Positions 31,015 to 40,249 of a DNA stretch of 64,000 nucleotides are shown in pieces. The notes under the pieces are model-generated. The model had not been told where the DNA came from. It ran no database searches and saw nothing but the letters and a program-made list of their open reading frames with translations. Both the position numbers and the translations under genes were made by a program. The first letter of the stretch is position 1. Each line of letters starts with the position of its first letter. The stretch is from Halarcobacter sp. (GTDB lineage: Bacteria > Campylobacterota > Campylobacteria > Campylobacterales > Arcobacteraceae): contig CP182352.1 of NCBI GenBank assembly GCA_048571215.1, forward strand, positions 2,752,001-2,816,000, written 5' to 3'.

Positions 31015-32626
31015 CTCACTAGAAGAGCTAAAACATACAGCTGATAAAAAAAGAGATTTAAATAAAAATGCCCACGAGGAATTAAGAATTTGTACAGGAA
31101 GTTCTTGTTCCTCATTGGGTTCAAATGAGCTATTAAAAGATTTAGCTAAAAAAGTAAAAGATACAGAACTAGATAAAAGATGTAGAGTTAAAGGTGTTGG
31201 TTGTAATGGTCTTTGTGCAGAAGCAATCATGGTTTCCCACTACCATAAAGTTGGAGAAAGAGAATCTATTTATAGTAAAGTAGATAAAACAAACTCAGAT
31301 AAATTTATAGAAACTCTTCATACTAAAACCCCCTTAGAAGATAAAAAGTGTGACATAAGTCAGGCATTTTTTACTAAACAAAAAAAGATTGTTTTAGAAA
31401 ATGCAGGAATAATTGATCCAAATGATATTGATGATTATATAGCACATGATGGTTATTTAGCCCTATATACTTGTTTAGAAGAACTAAGTCCTCAAGAGGT
31501 GATAAATGAGATAAAAATTAGTGGTCTAAGAGGTCGTGGTGGTGGGGGTTATCCAACTGGTCTTAAGTGGGAAACTGTATCAAAGGTTGAATCTTCACAA
31601 AAATATATAGTATGTAATGGTGATGAGGGAGATCCTGGAGCATTTATGGATAGAGCTGTTATGGAAGCAGATCCCCATAAAGTTATTGAGGGTATGGCAA
31701 TAGCTGGTTATGCCTGTGGTGCTTCAAATGGCTATATTTATGTAAGAGCAGAGTATCCAATAGCAGTTGAAAAACTAAACAAAGCCATAAAACAAGCTAG
31801 AAAAAAAGGTATTTTGGGTACTCAAATAGCTAATAGTGGATTTAGCTTTGATTTAGAGATTAGACTGGGAGGTGGTGCTTTTGTATGTGGAGAAGCAACC
31901 GCTTTAATAGCTTCAGTTGAAGGAAATAGAGGGAATCCAAGACAAAAACCACCCCATCTAAGTGATTATGGTTTATGGAAAGAGCCAACAGTACTTAACA
32001 ATGTAGAAACCTTTGCAAATATAGCTTCTATTATTAGAGAAGGTGGAGAATGGTTCAAAGCAATAGGCACAGATAAATCTCCAGGTACAAAAGTGTTTGC
32101 CCTAACAGGACATATAAAAAACACTGGATTGGTAGAGGTTCCAATGGGTATTAGTCTAAGGGAGCTTATTTATGATATTGGTGGAGGACCAACGGAAGGC
32201 AATAAAATAAAAGCTATTCAAACAGGTGGACCAAGTGGGGGATGTATCCCTGAACATTTACTTGATATTCCTGTAGATTATGACTCACTAAAAGAGATTG
32301 GCTCTATTATGGGTAGTGGTGGATTAATTGTGATGGGTGAAGACTCCAATATGGTTGAAGTTGCAAGATTTTTTATGGACTTTTGTAAAAGTGAATCATG
32401 TGGGAAATGTGTACCCTGTAGAGTTGGTACATCAGAGCTTACAAGTTTATTAGATAAATTCATAGCAAAAACAGCCACCCAAAGTGATTTTAATCTTTTA
32501 AAAGATTTATCTTATGTGGTGAAAGATAGCAGTCTTTGTGGTTTAGGACAAACTGCGCCAAACCCAGTATTAAGTACTATAAAATATTTTGAGAATGAAT
32601 ACCTAGAAGGGATTTGTAATGATTAA
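31007..32626 (+). CDS. hoxF: Bidirectional hydrogenase diaphorase subunit F
   Basis: GLRGRGGGG, NGDEGDPG, GAFVCGE, ESCGKCVPCR..CGLG. Confidence 0.9.
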   Translation: MINSLEELKHTADKKRDLNKNAHEELRICTGSSCSSLGSNELLKDLAKKVKDTELDKRCRVKGVGCNGLCAEAIMVSHYHKVGERESIYSKVDKTNSDKFIETLHTKTPLEDKKCDISQAFFTKQKKIVLENAGIIDPNDIDDYIAHDGYLALYTCLEELSPQEVINEIKISGLRGRGGGGYPTGLKWETVSKVESSQKYIVCNGDEGDPGAFMDRAVMEADPHKVIEGMAIAGYACGASNGYIYVRAEYPIAVEKLNKAIKQARKKGILGTQIANSGFSFDLEIRLGGGAFVCGEATALIASVEGNRGNPRQKPPHLSDYGLWKEPTVLNNVETFANIASIIREGGEWFKAIGTDKSPGTKVFALTGHIKNTGLVEVPMGISLRELIYDIGGGPTEGNKIKAIQTGGPSGGCIPEHLLDIPVDYDSLKEIGSIMGSGGLIVMGEDSNMVEVARFFMDFCKSESCGKCVPCRVGTSELTSLLDKFIAKTATQSDFNLLKDLSYVVKDSSLCGLGQTAPNPVLSTIKYFENEYLEGICND

Positions 32627-33341
32627 AGAAAAAGTTAGAGTAAAAACCTTTAAAATCAATGGTATTGATGTAACAGGAAAATCAGATTCATCAATCTTAG
32701 AAGTTGCAAATGAACATGGCATAAAAATACCAACCCTATGTTACCTTGAAGGACTAAGTTGTGTAGGTGCATGTAGAATGTGCCTTATTGAAGTTAGTGG
32801 AAGTAGTAAACTAATACCAGCATGTACTTCAAAAATCAAAGAAGGGATGGAGGTAATTACAAATTCACCAAGAATAGATTCCCATAGAAAAATGATTTTA
32901 TCAATGATTTTTGCAGAAAGAACACACACTTGTAGTGTTTGTGTATCAAATGGAAATTGTGAACTTCAAAACCAAGCAATAGAACTAGGTCTTGAACATA
33001 GTCATGTTCCATATATCCATAAAAGATTTGAGCTTGATGCTTCCCATAAAGATTATATTTATGACCCAAATAGATGTATTTTATGTACTAGATGTGTTAG
33101 GGTTTGTGATGAAGTTGAAGGGGCTCATGCCTTAGATATCTTTGGAAGAGGAATTGATGCTAAGATAATTCATGATATGGATGAACCTTGGAGTGAAAGT
33201 CAAAGTTGTACTAGTTGTGGAAAATGTGTTCAAGTTTGTCCAACAGGAGCTCTTTTTGAAAAAGGGGTTAGTGCTACAGAGATGATTAAGAAAAAAACAA
33301 TAGTAACAAACTTAATTCAAGCAAGGAAAAACAATGGATAA
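32619..33341 (+). CDS. hoxU: Bidirectional hydrogenase diaphorase subunit U
   Basis: IPTLC, CRMC, H.C..C, CILCTRCVRVC, CTSCGKCVQVCP. Confidence 0.9.
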   Translation: MIKEKVRVKTFKINGIDVTGKSDSSILEVANEHGIKIPTLCYLEGLSCVGACRMCLIEVSGSSKLIPACTSKIKEGMEVITNSPRIDSHRKMILSMIFAERTHTCSVCVSNGNCELQNQAIELGLEHSHVPYIHKRFELDASHKDYIYDPNRCILCTRCVRVCDEVEGAHALDIFGRGIDAKIIHDMDEPWSESQSCTSCGKCVQVCPTGALFEKGVSATEMIKKKTIVTNLIQARKNNG

Positions 33342-33870
33342 AATAAAAGTTGGAACAATTTGGCTTGATGGTTGTTCAGGATGCCATATGTCATTTTTAG
33401 ATATGGATGAAAGATTGATTGAGTTAGCCCAATATATGGATGTGGTTTACTCTCCCTATGTGGATGCAAAAGAGATACCTGAAGATGTTGATTTATTTAT
33501 AGTTGAGGGTGCATTAAGTACTGACCATGACATAAAAATCATAAAAAAAATAAGAAAGAATTCTAAAAAAATATTAGCTTTGGGAGATTGTGCTATTACT
33601 GGAAATATCTCTGCTATGAAAAATCTTGCAGGAACCGATGCAGTACTAGAAAAAGGATATTTTGATTTAGCAGATTTTAATAAAGGGAAATACCCAGATA
33701 AAATAGTACCAAAACTTCTTGATAAGGTTATCCCTTTAAATGAGGCTATTGATATAGATTATTTTGTTCCAGGATGCCCAACTCCAGCAGATGCAATTTA
33801 TGAAGTTATAAAAGGGATTGTTACAGGAGTTGAAGTTGATGTTAGTAAATATACAAGATTTGGATTATAA
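33334..33870 (+). CDS. hoxY: NiFe hydrogenase small subunit
   Basis: WLDGCSGCHMS, GDCA, PGCP. Confidence 0.9.
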   Translation: MDKIKVGTIWLDGCSGCHMSFLDMDERLIELAQYMDVVYSPYVDAKEIPEDVDLFIVEGALSTDHDIKIIKKIRKNSKKILALGDCAITGNISAMKNLAGTDAVLEKGYFDLADFNKGKYPDKIVPKLLDKVIPLNEAIDIDYFVPGCPTPADAIYEVIKGIVTGVEVDVSKYTRFGL

Positions 33871-33879
33871 GGAAAAAGC

Positions 33880-35310
33880 ATGAGTAAACAAACAATTGTA
33901 ATAGAACCAGTTACTAGAATAGAGGGTCATGCTAAAATCACTATAGATTTAGATGAAAACAAAAAAGTAGAAGATGCAAGAATCCATGTAACCCAATATA
34001 GAGGTTTTGAAAAAATGTGTGAAGGGCGACCTTATACAGAGATGCCCGCATTGACTGCTAGAACTTGTGGTATTTGTCCAGTAAGTCATGAGATATCTTC
34101 ATCAAAAGCTTGTGATGGTCTATTAGCAGTTCGTCCACCAAAAGCAGCTAGAAATCTAAGAAGAATAATAAATTTAGCTCAAATAACCCAATCCCATGCT
34201 TTAAACTTTTTTCATTTAAGTAGTCCTGATTTTCTATATGGATTTGATGCAAAACCAGAAGATAGAAATATTTTCAAGATGATGAAAGATTATCCCGAAC
34301 TTGCAAAAAATGGGATAGCTCTTAGAGCCTTTGGACAAAAGATTATTGAAACCCTAGGGGGAAAAAGAATCCACCCAACATGGATAGTTCCAGGGGGAGT
34401 TAGTCATGCAATTACAAGTGAAACAAAAGATGAAATCTTGGCACAAATTCCACAAGCAATGGATATTGCAAAACAAGCCCTAAAACTATTTACAAACTCC
34501 CTACATAAATTTGAAAAAGAGATAAAATCATTTGCAAATTTTGAGTCACTTTTTATGGGATTAGTGAACAAAAGTGGAAATCTTGAGCACTACGATGGAC
34601 TACTAAGATTTGTGGATGCCCAAGGAAATATTTTAGAAGATAAGATTGATCCCAAAGATTATAAAGAATATATTGGGGAAGCCGTAGAAGAGGATAGTTA
34701 TTTAAAATCACCATATTATAAACCTCTTGGTTACCCAAAAGGGATGTATAGAGTTGGACCTTTAGCTAGATTGAATATTGTTGATGGATGTGGAACAAGC
34801 TTAGCAGATGAAGAGTTTGAAAGATTCAAAAACCTAAACAATGGAAAACCTGTATTAAATTCATTTTATTATCATTATGCAAGACTTATTGAAATAATTT
34901 ATTGTATAGAAAGAATAGAAGAGCTTTTAAAAGAGCCAGAAACTTTAGATACAAATATAAGAGCCCATGCCCAAATAAATAGAAGTAGAGCTGTAGGGTG
35001 TTCAGAAGCTCCAAGGGGTACTTTATTTCATGATTATGAGGTTTCAAATAGTGGTATAATTACAGGTGTTAACCTAATCATTGCAACAGGAAATAATAAC
35101 CTAGCTATGAATGCAGGTGTAAAACAAGTTGCCCAAAGCTTTGTAGATGGAAATGATATAAAAGATGGAGCATTAAATAGAGTTGAAGCTGTTATTAGAT
35201 GTTTTGACCCATGCTTAAGTTGTTCAACCCATGCTTTAGGTATAGTTTCATCAAATATTGAGATAAGAGATCACAATAAAAATATAATTGATACTATAAA
35301 AAGGAGTTAA
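33880..35310 (+). CDS. hoxH: NiFe hydrogenase large subunit (group 3d-like)
   Basis: RIEGH, RTCGICPVSH, RCFDPCLSCSTH plus 25-aa C-terminal extension. Confidence 0.92.
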   Translation: MSKQTIVIEPVTRIEGHAKITIDLDENKKVEDARIHVTQYRGFEKMCEGRPYTEMPALTARTCGICPVSHEISSSKACDGLLAVRPPKAARNLRRIINLAQITQSHALNFFHLSSPDFLYGFDAKPEDRNIFKMMKDYPELAKNGIALRAFGQKIIETLGGKRIHPTWIVPGGVSHAITSETKDEILAQIPQAMDIAKQALKLFTNSLHKFEKEIKSFANFESLFMGLVNKSGNLEHYDGLLRFVDAQGNILEDKIDPKDYKEYIGEAVEEDSYLKSPYYKPLGYPKGMYRVGPLARLNIVDGCGTSLADEEFERFKNLNNGKPVLNSFYYHYARLIEIIYCIERIEELLKEPETLDTNIRAHAQINRSRAVGCSEAPRGTLFHDYEVSNSGIITGVNLIIATGNNNLAMNAGVKQVAQSFVDGNDIKDGALNRVEAVIRCFDPCLSCSTHALGIVSSNIEIRDHNKNIIDTIKRS

Positions 35311-35311
35311 T

Positions 35312-35743
35312 ATAACTTACATAATTGCTTATGGAAATGAATTAAGAGGGGAAGATGGTTTTGGAGTTGAAGTTATAAAACAACTTCAAAAAACCTCACT
35401 AGCTAATACAAAACTACTATGCCTACTTCAATTAACTCCAGAGCTTTGTTTACAACTACAAGATGCCACAAAAATCATCTTTGTTGATGCAACATATTCA
35501 GAACAAAATCCATATGCCTTAGCTTGTAGTTTAGAAAAATCTGTAAATAGTAATATAACTCACCATATAAGTGTTTTTACTATTATAGAGATTTTAAAAA
35601 ATCTCTATGGAAAAAATCCAGACTTTGAAATATTTTCAATCTTAACTAAGAATTTTGATTCAATAATAAATAATGCTTACTATACCAATTGTATAAATGA
35701 AACTTCTAAACAAATAATTTTATCTATTCAAAAATATAATTAA
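35312..35743 (+). CDS. hoxW: Hydrogenase maturation protease, ATA start (not in ORF track)
   Basis: Manual translation (M)TYIIAYGNELRGEDGFG...QLTPEL...IIFVDA...THH; 143 codons; AAGGAG at 35301-35306. Confidence 0.82.
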   Translation: MTYIIAYGNELRGEDGFGVEVIKQLQKTSLANTKLLCLLQLTPELCLQLQDATKIIFVDATYSEQNPYALACSLEKSVNSNITHHISVFTIIEILKNLYGKNPDFEIFSILTKNFDSIINNAYYTNCINETSKQIILSIQKYN

Positions 35744-35754
35744 TCCATTATAAG

Positions 35755-35766
35755 TTGTCTATACAA
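35755..35766. promoter_or_regulatory. Putative PhnF (GntR/HutC) operator
   Basis: Near-palindrome TTGTCTATACAA fits the HutC-type GT.TA.AC core, upstream of phnF. Confidence 0.6.
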
Positions 35767-35767
35767 G

Positions 35768-35801
35768 TTGTAATTTTCTTGTAACTAACTACTCTTATAC
35801 T
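35768..35801 (+). promoter_or_regulatory. PHO-box-like direct repeat plus -10 hexamer
   Basis: TTGTAAT (35768) and TTGTAAC (35779), 11 nt apart; TATACT at 35796. Confidence 0.5.
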
Positions 35802-35830
35802 TTCACCATAAAATTTGGAGAAGTTAAAAG

Positions 35831-36547
35831 ATGTCTAAAGTATTTGATTATGAATTAATCTACAATTATATATTAAAGCTAATCGAAACACAGCTACAAG
35901 AACATGAAAGAATACCCTCTGAGCATACACTAAGTAGAGATTTCAATCTTTCAAGAATGACTGTTAGACAAGGTATAAATAAACTTAAAAATGAGGGATA
36001 TTTATATTCACGAAAAGGTAGTGGAAATTTTGTAAATCCAAATAAGATTATATACAATATTTCATCATATACAACCTTTACAAAAGAGATTTTAAAATCA
36101 AAAAAGACCCCTTCTATAAAACTATTAGAATCAAAGCTAATAAAAGCTGATGAATTTATTGCCAAGAAATTAAATATTAGAGAATCAGAACAAGTTTTAT
36201 ATGTAAAAAACATGAGATTTGTTGATAATGTGCCATTTTTATTTGCTGAGTATTATATGAATCTTTTAATCTTAAAAGATGTGGAAAATCTAATTGAAAC
36301 TACACAATCCTTTTCAAAACTTTATACAGATATTTATAATCTAAGTCCTATAAGAGATAGCTCTGAAATAGATATCACCTCAACAAATTACGAATCAAAA
36401 AAACTATTCAAAGTGCAAAATGATTTACCAATTATAAAAATATCTACAAGAACAATTGATAAAAATACAAAAAATGCAATCGATTATTGTTACTCATATT
36501 TTAGAAGTGATATGGCAAAAATTGTAGTTAATTACAAGGAAAAATAA
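35831..36547 (+). CDS. phnF: GntR/HutC family regulator of phosphonate operon
   Basis: IPSE.TL..SRMTVRQ..G.GNFV plus UTRA-sized C-terminus; operon context. Confidence 0.82.
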   Translation: MSKVFDYELIYNYILKLIETQLQEHERIPSEHTLSRDFNLSRMTVRQGINKLKNEGYLYSRKGSGNFVNPNKIIYNISSYTTFTKEILKSKKTPSIKLLESKLIKADEFIAKKLNIRESEQVLYVKNMRFVDNVPFLFAEYYMNLLILKDVENLIETTQSFSKLYTDIYNLSPIRDSSEIDITSTNYESKKLFKVQNDLPIIKISTRTIDKNTKNAIDYCYSYFRSDMAKIVVNYKEK

Positions 36548-37305
36548 TGATAAAAATGAAGAAACTAACCTTAGGCTATAAAAAAGAAAAAATTCTAAAA
36601 AATATAAATTTAAATATAAGCTCTGGTGAATTTGTAAGTATTATTGGACCATCTGGTGCAGGAAAATCAACTCTTTTAATGTCTATAGTTGGTGGAATAA
36701 AAGTGTTTGATGGAGATTTTGAAGTTCTTAGTTTCAATATGGAAAATATCAAAAAGAAAAATCTTGTAAACCTAAGAGAACAAATAGGAATTATCTTTCA
36801 AGGGTATAACTTAGTTGATAGGTTAACAGTTCTTGATAATGTAGTTAGTGGGATGTTAAAAGATATTCCAATGGCAAGGGCAATAATCAAATATTATAAA
36901 GATAAAGAGTTAAAAAAAGTAAATGAACTTATGAAAATAGTTGATATTCAAAAATACTCTTCTAAAAGATGTGATGAACTAAGTGGAGGTCAAAGACAAA
37001 GGGTTGCAATAGCAAGGGCATTAGCAAGTGAACCTAAAATAATACTAGCAGATGAACCAATTTCAGCTTTGGATCAAAAAAGTGCAAAAAAAGTTATGAA
37101 GATTTTAGAAAAAGTAAATAAAGAGTTAAATGTAACCATTGTAGCAAATCTTCACCACCTTGATATTGCACAAAAATATTGCTCAAGAATAATAGGTGTA
37201 AATAATGGGAAAATTGTATTTGATGGAAAAGCAGAAGATTTAAGTGAAGAGATTATTGAAAAAATTTATGAAGGGGAAAATAATAAAGAAGAAGAGGAGG
37301 AGTAG
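36547..37305 (+). CDS. phnC: Phosphonate ABC transporter ATPase
   Basis: GPSGAGKST, IFQGYNLV.RL, LSGGQ, ADEP. Confidence 0.92.
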   Translation: MIKMKKLTLGYKKEKILKNINLNISSGEFVSIIGPSGAGKSTLLMSIVGGIKVFDGDFEVLSFNMENIKKKNLVNLREQIGIIFQGYNLVDRLTVLDNVVSGMLKDIPMARAIIKYYKDKELKKVNELMKIVDIQKYSSKRCDELSGGQRQRVAIARALASEPKIILADEPISALDQKSAKKVMKILEKVNKELNVTIVANLHHLDIAQKYCSRIIGVNNGKIVFDGKAEDLSEEIIEKIYEGENNKEEEEE

Positions 37306-37434
37306 ATTTTAGAGTAACTTTTACTTGAATATTTAATTCAAATAGTGAAGCAAGAGTTATCTTGTATCTTATCTAGTCTTTAGGTGAATCATTTTTGATG
37401 ATTGAACAAATTTAATATAAAAGGAACATATATT

Positions 37435-38310
37435 ATGAGAAGAGATTTTTTCAAAAAAGTTGGTCTTGCAGCACTAGCATTAACATTAGGGGCACAAACT
37501 TTAAGTGCAAACCCACAAGATTGGCCAAAAGAGGTTAATTTTGGTGTAATTCCAGTTGCTGGAACTTCAAGTGTAAAAGACACTTTTGGTGCACTTGCAA
37601 AATATTTAGAAAAAACTTTAGGTGTAAAAGTAAACTTACAATCAGCAGGGGACTATGCAGGTGTTATTACTGCTATGCAACACAAACATGTAGATATTGC
37701 ATATTTTGGACCAAAATCTTATGTTGAAGCTGCAAAAAGAGCTGGGGCTGAGGCAGTTGCTACTGAAGTAGATGCAGAGTCTGGACTTCCTGGTTATAAG
37801 GGAATCATAATCTCAAAAAAAGAAAGTGGTCTTAAAACCTTAGAAGATATAAAAGGTAAGAAATGGGCGTTTACTGATTCTAACTCAACTTCTGGAACTT
37901 TAGTACCAACTGTAATGTTTTCTAAAAAAGGGATAGACCCACAAAAATACTTCTCAAAAGTTCTTTATTCAGGTGGTCATGAAGCTTCAATTCTTTCAGT
38001 AAAAGCAGGAAAAGTTGACGCAGCTTCTACAAATAATCTTGATTTTAACAGAGGTCTTGGAAAACACTGGGAAAAAGATGATTTTAATATTATCTGGACT
38101 TCTGATTTAATTCCTGGTTCTCCTATGACAGTAAGAGGTGATCTTCCAACTTCATTTAAAATGGCTGTAAAAGGTGCTTTCCTTTCTTTAAAAGATAAAG
38201 ATATCTTAGCAAAAATGAAAATCAATGGTTATGTTGCAGGTGATGATTCTTTTTACAATCCAGTAAGAGAATTAATCGAATTAAAAAAAGCACTAAAAAA
38301 CAAAAAATAA
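37435..38310 (+). CDS. phnD: Phosphonate ABC transporter substrate-binding protein
   Basis: DYAGVI, STSG, GGHEAS; start MRRDFF after AAGGA. Confidence 0.92.
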   Translation: MRRDFFKKVGLAALALTLGAQTLSANPQDWPKEVNFGVIPVAGTSSVKDTFGALAKYLEKTLGVKVNLQSAGDYAGVITAMQHKHVDIAYFGPKSYVEAAKRAGAEAVATEVDAESGLPGYKGIIISKKESGLKTLEDIKGKKWAFTDSNSTSGTLVPTVMFSKKGIDPQKYFSKVLYSGGHEASILSVKAGKVDAASTNNLDFNRGLGKHWEKDDFNIIWTSDLIPGSPMTVRGDLPTSFKMAVKGAFLSLKDKDILAKMKINGYVAGDDSFYNPVRELIELKKALKNKK

Positions 38311-38334
38311 TTACAATTTTTAGTTAAATTTGAA

Positions 38335-38358
38335 AAGCAAGGGCTTTGCCCTTTGCTT
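38335..38358 (+). other. Intercistronic hairpin after phnD (mRNA stabiliser or partial terminator)
   Basis: AAGCAAGGGC-TTT-GCCCTTTGCTT. Confidence 0.6.
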
Positions 38359-38432
38359 AGTTTAATATTTGATACTTTTAAAAAAGCTAATAGTTATCTA
38401 TTGTTTTTTTAAATGTAATTAGGAGATATATT

Positions 38433-39290
38433 ATGTCAATAGAAAATTTAAAAAAAGAATCAAGCCCTTTTAAGCTTTTTAATTTTGTTTTAATAGCTAT
38501 ATTTATTTATATTATTAGTAAAAGCTGGGTTGATACAGAGATGAGTTTTACAGGGCTTATAAATGGTTGGCAAGATATGGTTTCATATATAAAAGGAAAC
38601 CCAGAGATAGAGGGTAGTTCATATTTCCCACCTATTTTAAATAAAAGTGATTTATACACATATTTTTGGGCTATGTTGGAAACTGTCCAAATGGCGGTTA
38701 TTGCCTTACTTTTATCAATAATCATAGCAATTCCCTTATCATATATCACCTCAAGAAATATCTTGGAGATTTTGGTTCCGGGGAAAACCTTATTGCATAC
38801 TTCAATTAGAAAAGCTCTTTATATGTTTGGAACCACCTTAGCTAATATCTTTAGGTCCGTAAATGAGCTTGTTTGGGCTTTAATATTTGTTAGTGCAGTT
38901 GGACTTGGACCAATGGCTGGTATTTTAGCACTTGGAATTCATACAGCAGGGGTTCTTAGTAAATTACTAAGTGAAGGGAATGAAGCCATAGACCCAGGAC
39001 CAGTTGAAGCTTTGACAAACAGTGGGGCAGGTTTTATAAAAGTATTAGCCTATGCAGTTGTTCCTCAAACAATGCCTCACTTTATCTCTATGACACTATA
39101 TAGATTTGAAAGTGATGTAAGAAGTGCTTCAATTTTAGGTTTTGTTGGGGCTGGTGGGATAGGATTTTATCTATTTGATAAATTAAGAGGATTTGAAAAT
39201 GGTCATGTGTGTACTATCTTAATCTTTATTATCATAACTGTTTGGTTACTTGACAAATTAAGTGCAACTATTAGAAAAAGGTTTATATAA
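38433..39290 (+). CDS. phnE: Phosphonate ABC transporter permease
   Basis: GLGPMAG, YRFESDVRSA.ILGFVGAGGIG. Confidence 0.93.
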   Translation: MSIENLKKESSPFKLFNFVLIAIFIYIISKSWVDTEMSFTGLINGWQDMVSYIKGNPEIEGSSYFPPILNKSDLYTYFWAMLETVQMAVIALLLSIIIAIPLSYITSRNILEILVPGKTLLHTSIRKALYMFGTTLANIFRSVNELVWALIFVSAVGLGPMAGILALGIHTAGVLSKLLSEGNEAIDPGPVEALTNSGAGFIKVLAYAVVPQTMPHFISMTLYRFESDVRSASILGFVGAGGIGFYLFDKLRGFENGHVCTILIFIIITVWLLDKLSATIRKRFI

Positions 39291-39704
39291 ATGAAAAGAG
39301 AAGAATTAAATTATATTCTCCAAGAAGCGAAACTAGAAGATATTAAATATCTTCATAAAAAAATTGATAAAAAATATAAAGTAGTGGTTATAAACAAACC
39401 CACAAGTCAAACTCTACTTGTACCTGTTAAAGACCCTATAAGTGAAGGTAGTTTTTATGCGGGAGAAGCACTGGTCACCTCAACAATTGTAGAAGTAAAT
39501 AAGCAAAAAGGTTGGTCGATGGTATTAGATGATAATGAAAAACTATCTTTATACATTGCAACTATTGATGCTGTTTTTGATTCAAAAGAGTTTAAGAATG
39601 AAATTGAAGAGATATATAAACAAACAACTATAAAACTTGATAAAAAAAGAAAACAATTAAATCAAAAAATAAACTCAACTAGAGTTAACTTTGATTTGAT
39701 GTAA
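39291..39704 (+). CDS. phnG: C-P lyase subunit G
   Basis: FYAGEALVT, TRVNF; position in operon. Confidence 0.85.
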   Translation: MKREELNYILQEAKLEDIKYLHKKIDKKYKVVVINKPTSQTLLVPVKDPISEGSFYAGEALVTSTIVEVNKQKGWSMVLDDNEKLSLYIATIDAVFDSKEFKNEIEEIYKQTTIKLDKKRKQLNQKINSTRVNFDLM

Positions 39705-39712
39705 GGAAAAAA

Positions 39713-40249
39713 ATGGACAAAATAGATATAGAACAATATAATAGAGAAAATTTTAGAACACTTTTAGATTCACTTTCAATGCCAGGTAAAACTACCAAGC
39801 TAAATAAAGTATTTGATTCTTATACCTTATCTCTAGCAAGTGTATTATTGTATTCAGAAGTTAGTTATTTAAATACTACCGATGAAGACTTTTCAATAAT
39901 TGATGCCATAACAAATCCTAAAAAAGATAACACACAAAATGCAGATTATATTTTTTGTAATAATTTAAACTCCCTATTACAAAAAGTAAAAAAAGGAACA
40001 TATCTTAGCCCTGAACACTCTGCAACTATAATTTGTAGTGTTGATAGTTTTGATGGCATAACTTTAAATCTAAAGGGTCCTGGAATAGATGTGCAAAAAA
40101 AACAGACTTATCCTGTAAATAAAGACTTTGTAAAAAGTTTTAATGAAAACAATAAAGAGTTTCCCCTTGGCAATGAGATAGTTTTTATCAACAAACAAAG
40201 TGGTGAATTAAAATCACTTTGTAGAACAACTAAATTGGAGCTAATATAA
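39713..40249 (+). CDS. phnH: C-P lyase subunit H
   Basis: FR.LL..LSMPG, GT..PEHSAT, L.GPGI, FPLG, RTT. Confidence 0.88.
   Translation: MDKIDIEQYNRENFRTLLDSLSMPGKTTKLNKVFDSYTLSLASVLLYSEVSYLNTTDEDFSIIDAITNPKKDNTQNADYIFCNNLNSLLQKVKKGTYLSPEHSATIICSVDSFDGITLNLKGPGIDVQKKQTYPVNKDFVKSFNENNKEFPLGNEIVFINKQSGELKSLCRTTKLELI

Noticed and set aside
30520..33341. Reading hoxEFU as complex I nuoEFG or formate dehydrogenase subunits
   Set aside because: They are directly followed by NiFe small and large subunits, and the third gene lacks a molybdopterin domain
37402..37434. ORF-track TTG start for phnD
   Set aside because: The AAGGA SD and signal peptide support ATG at 37435
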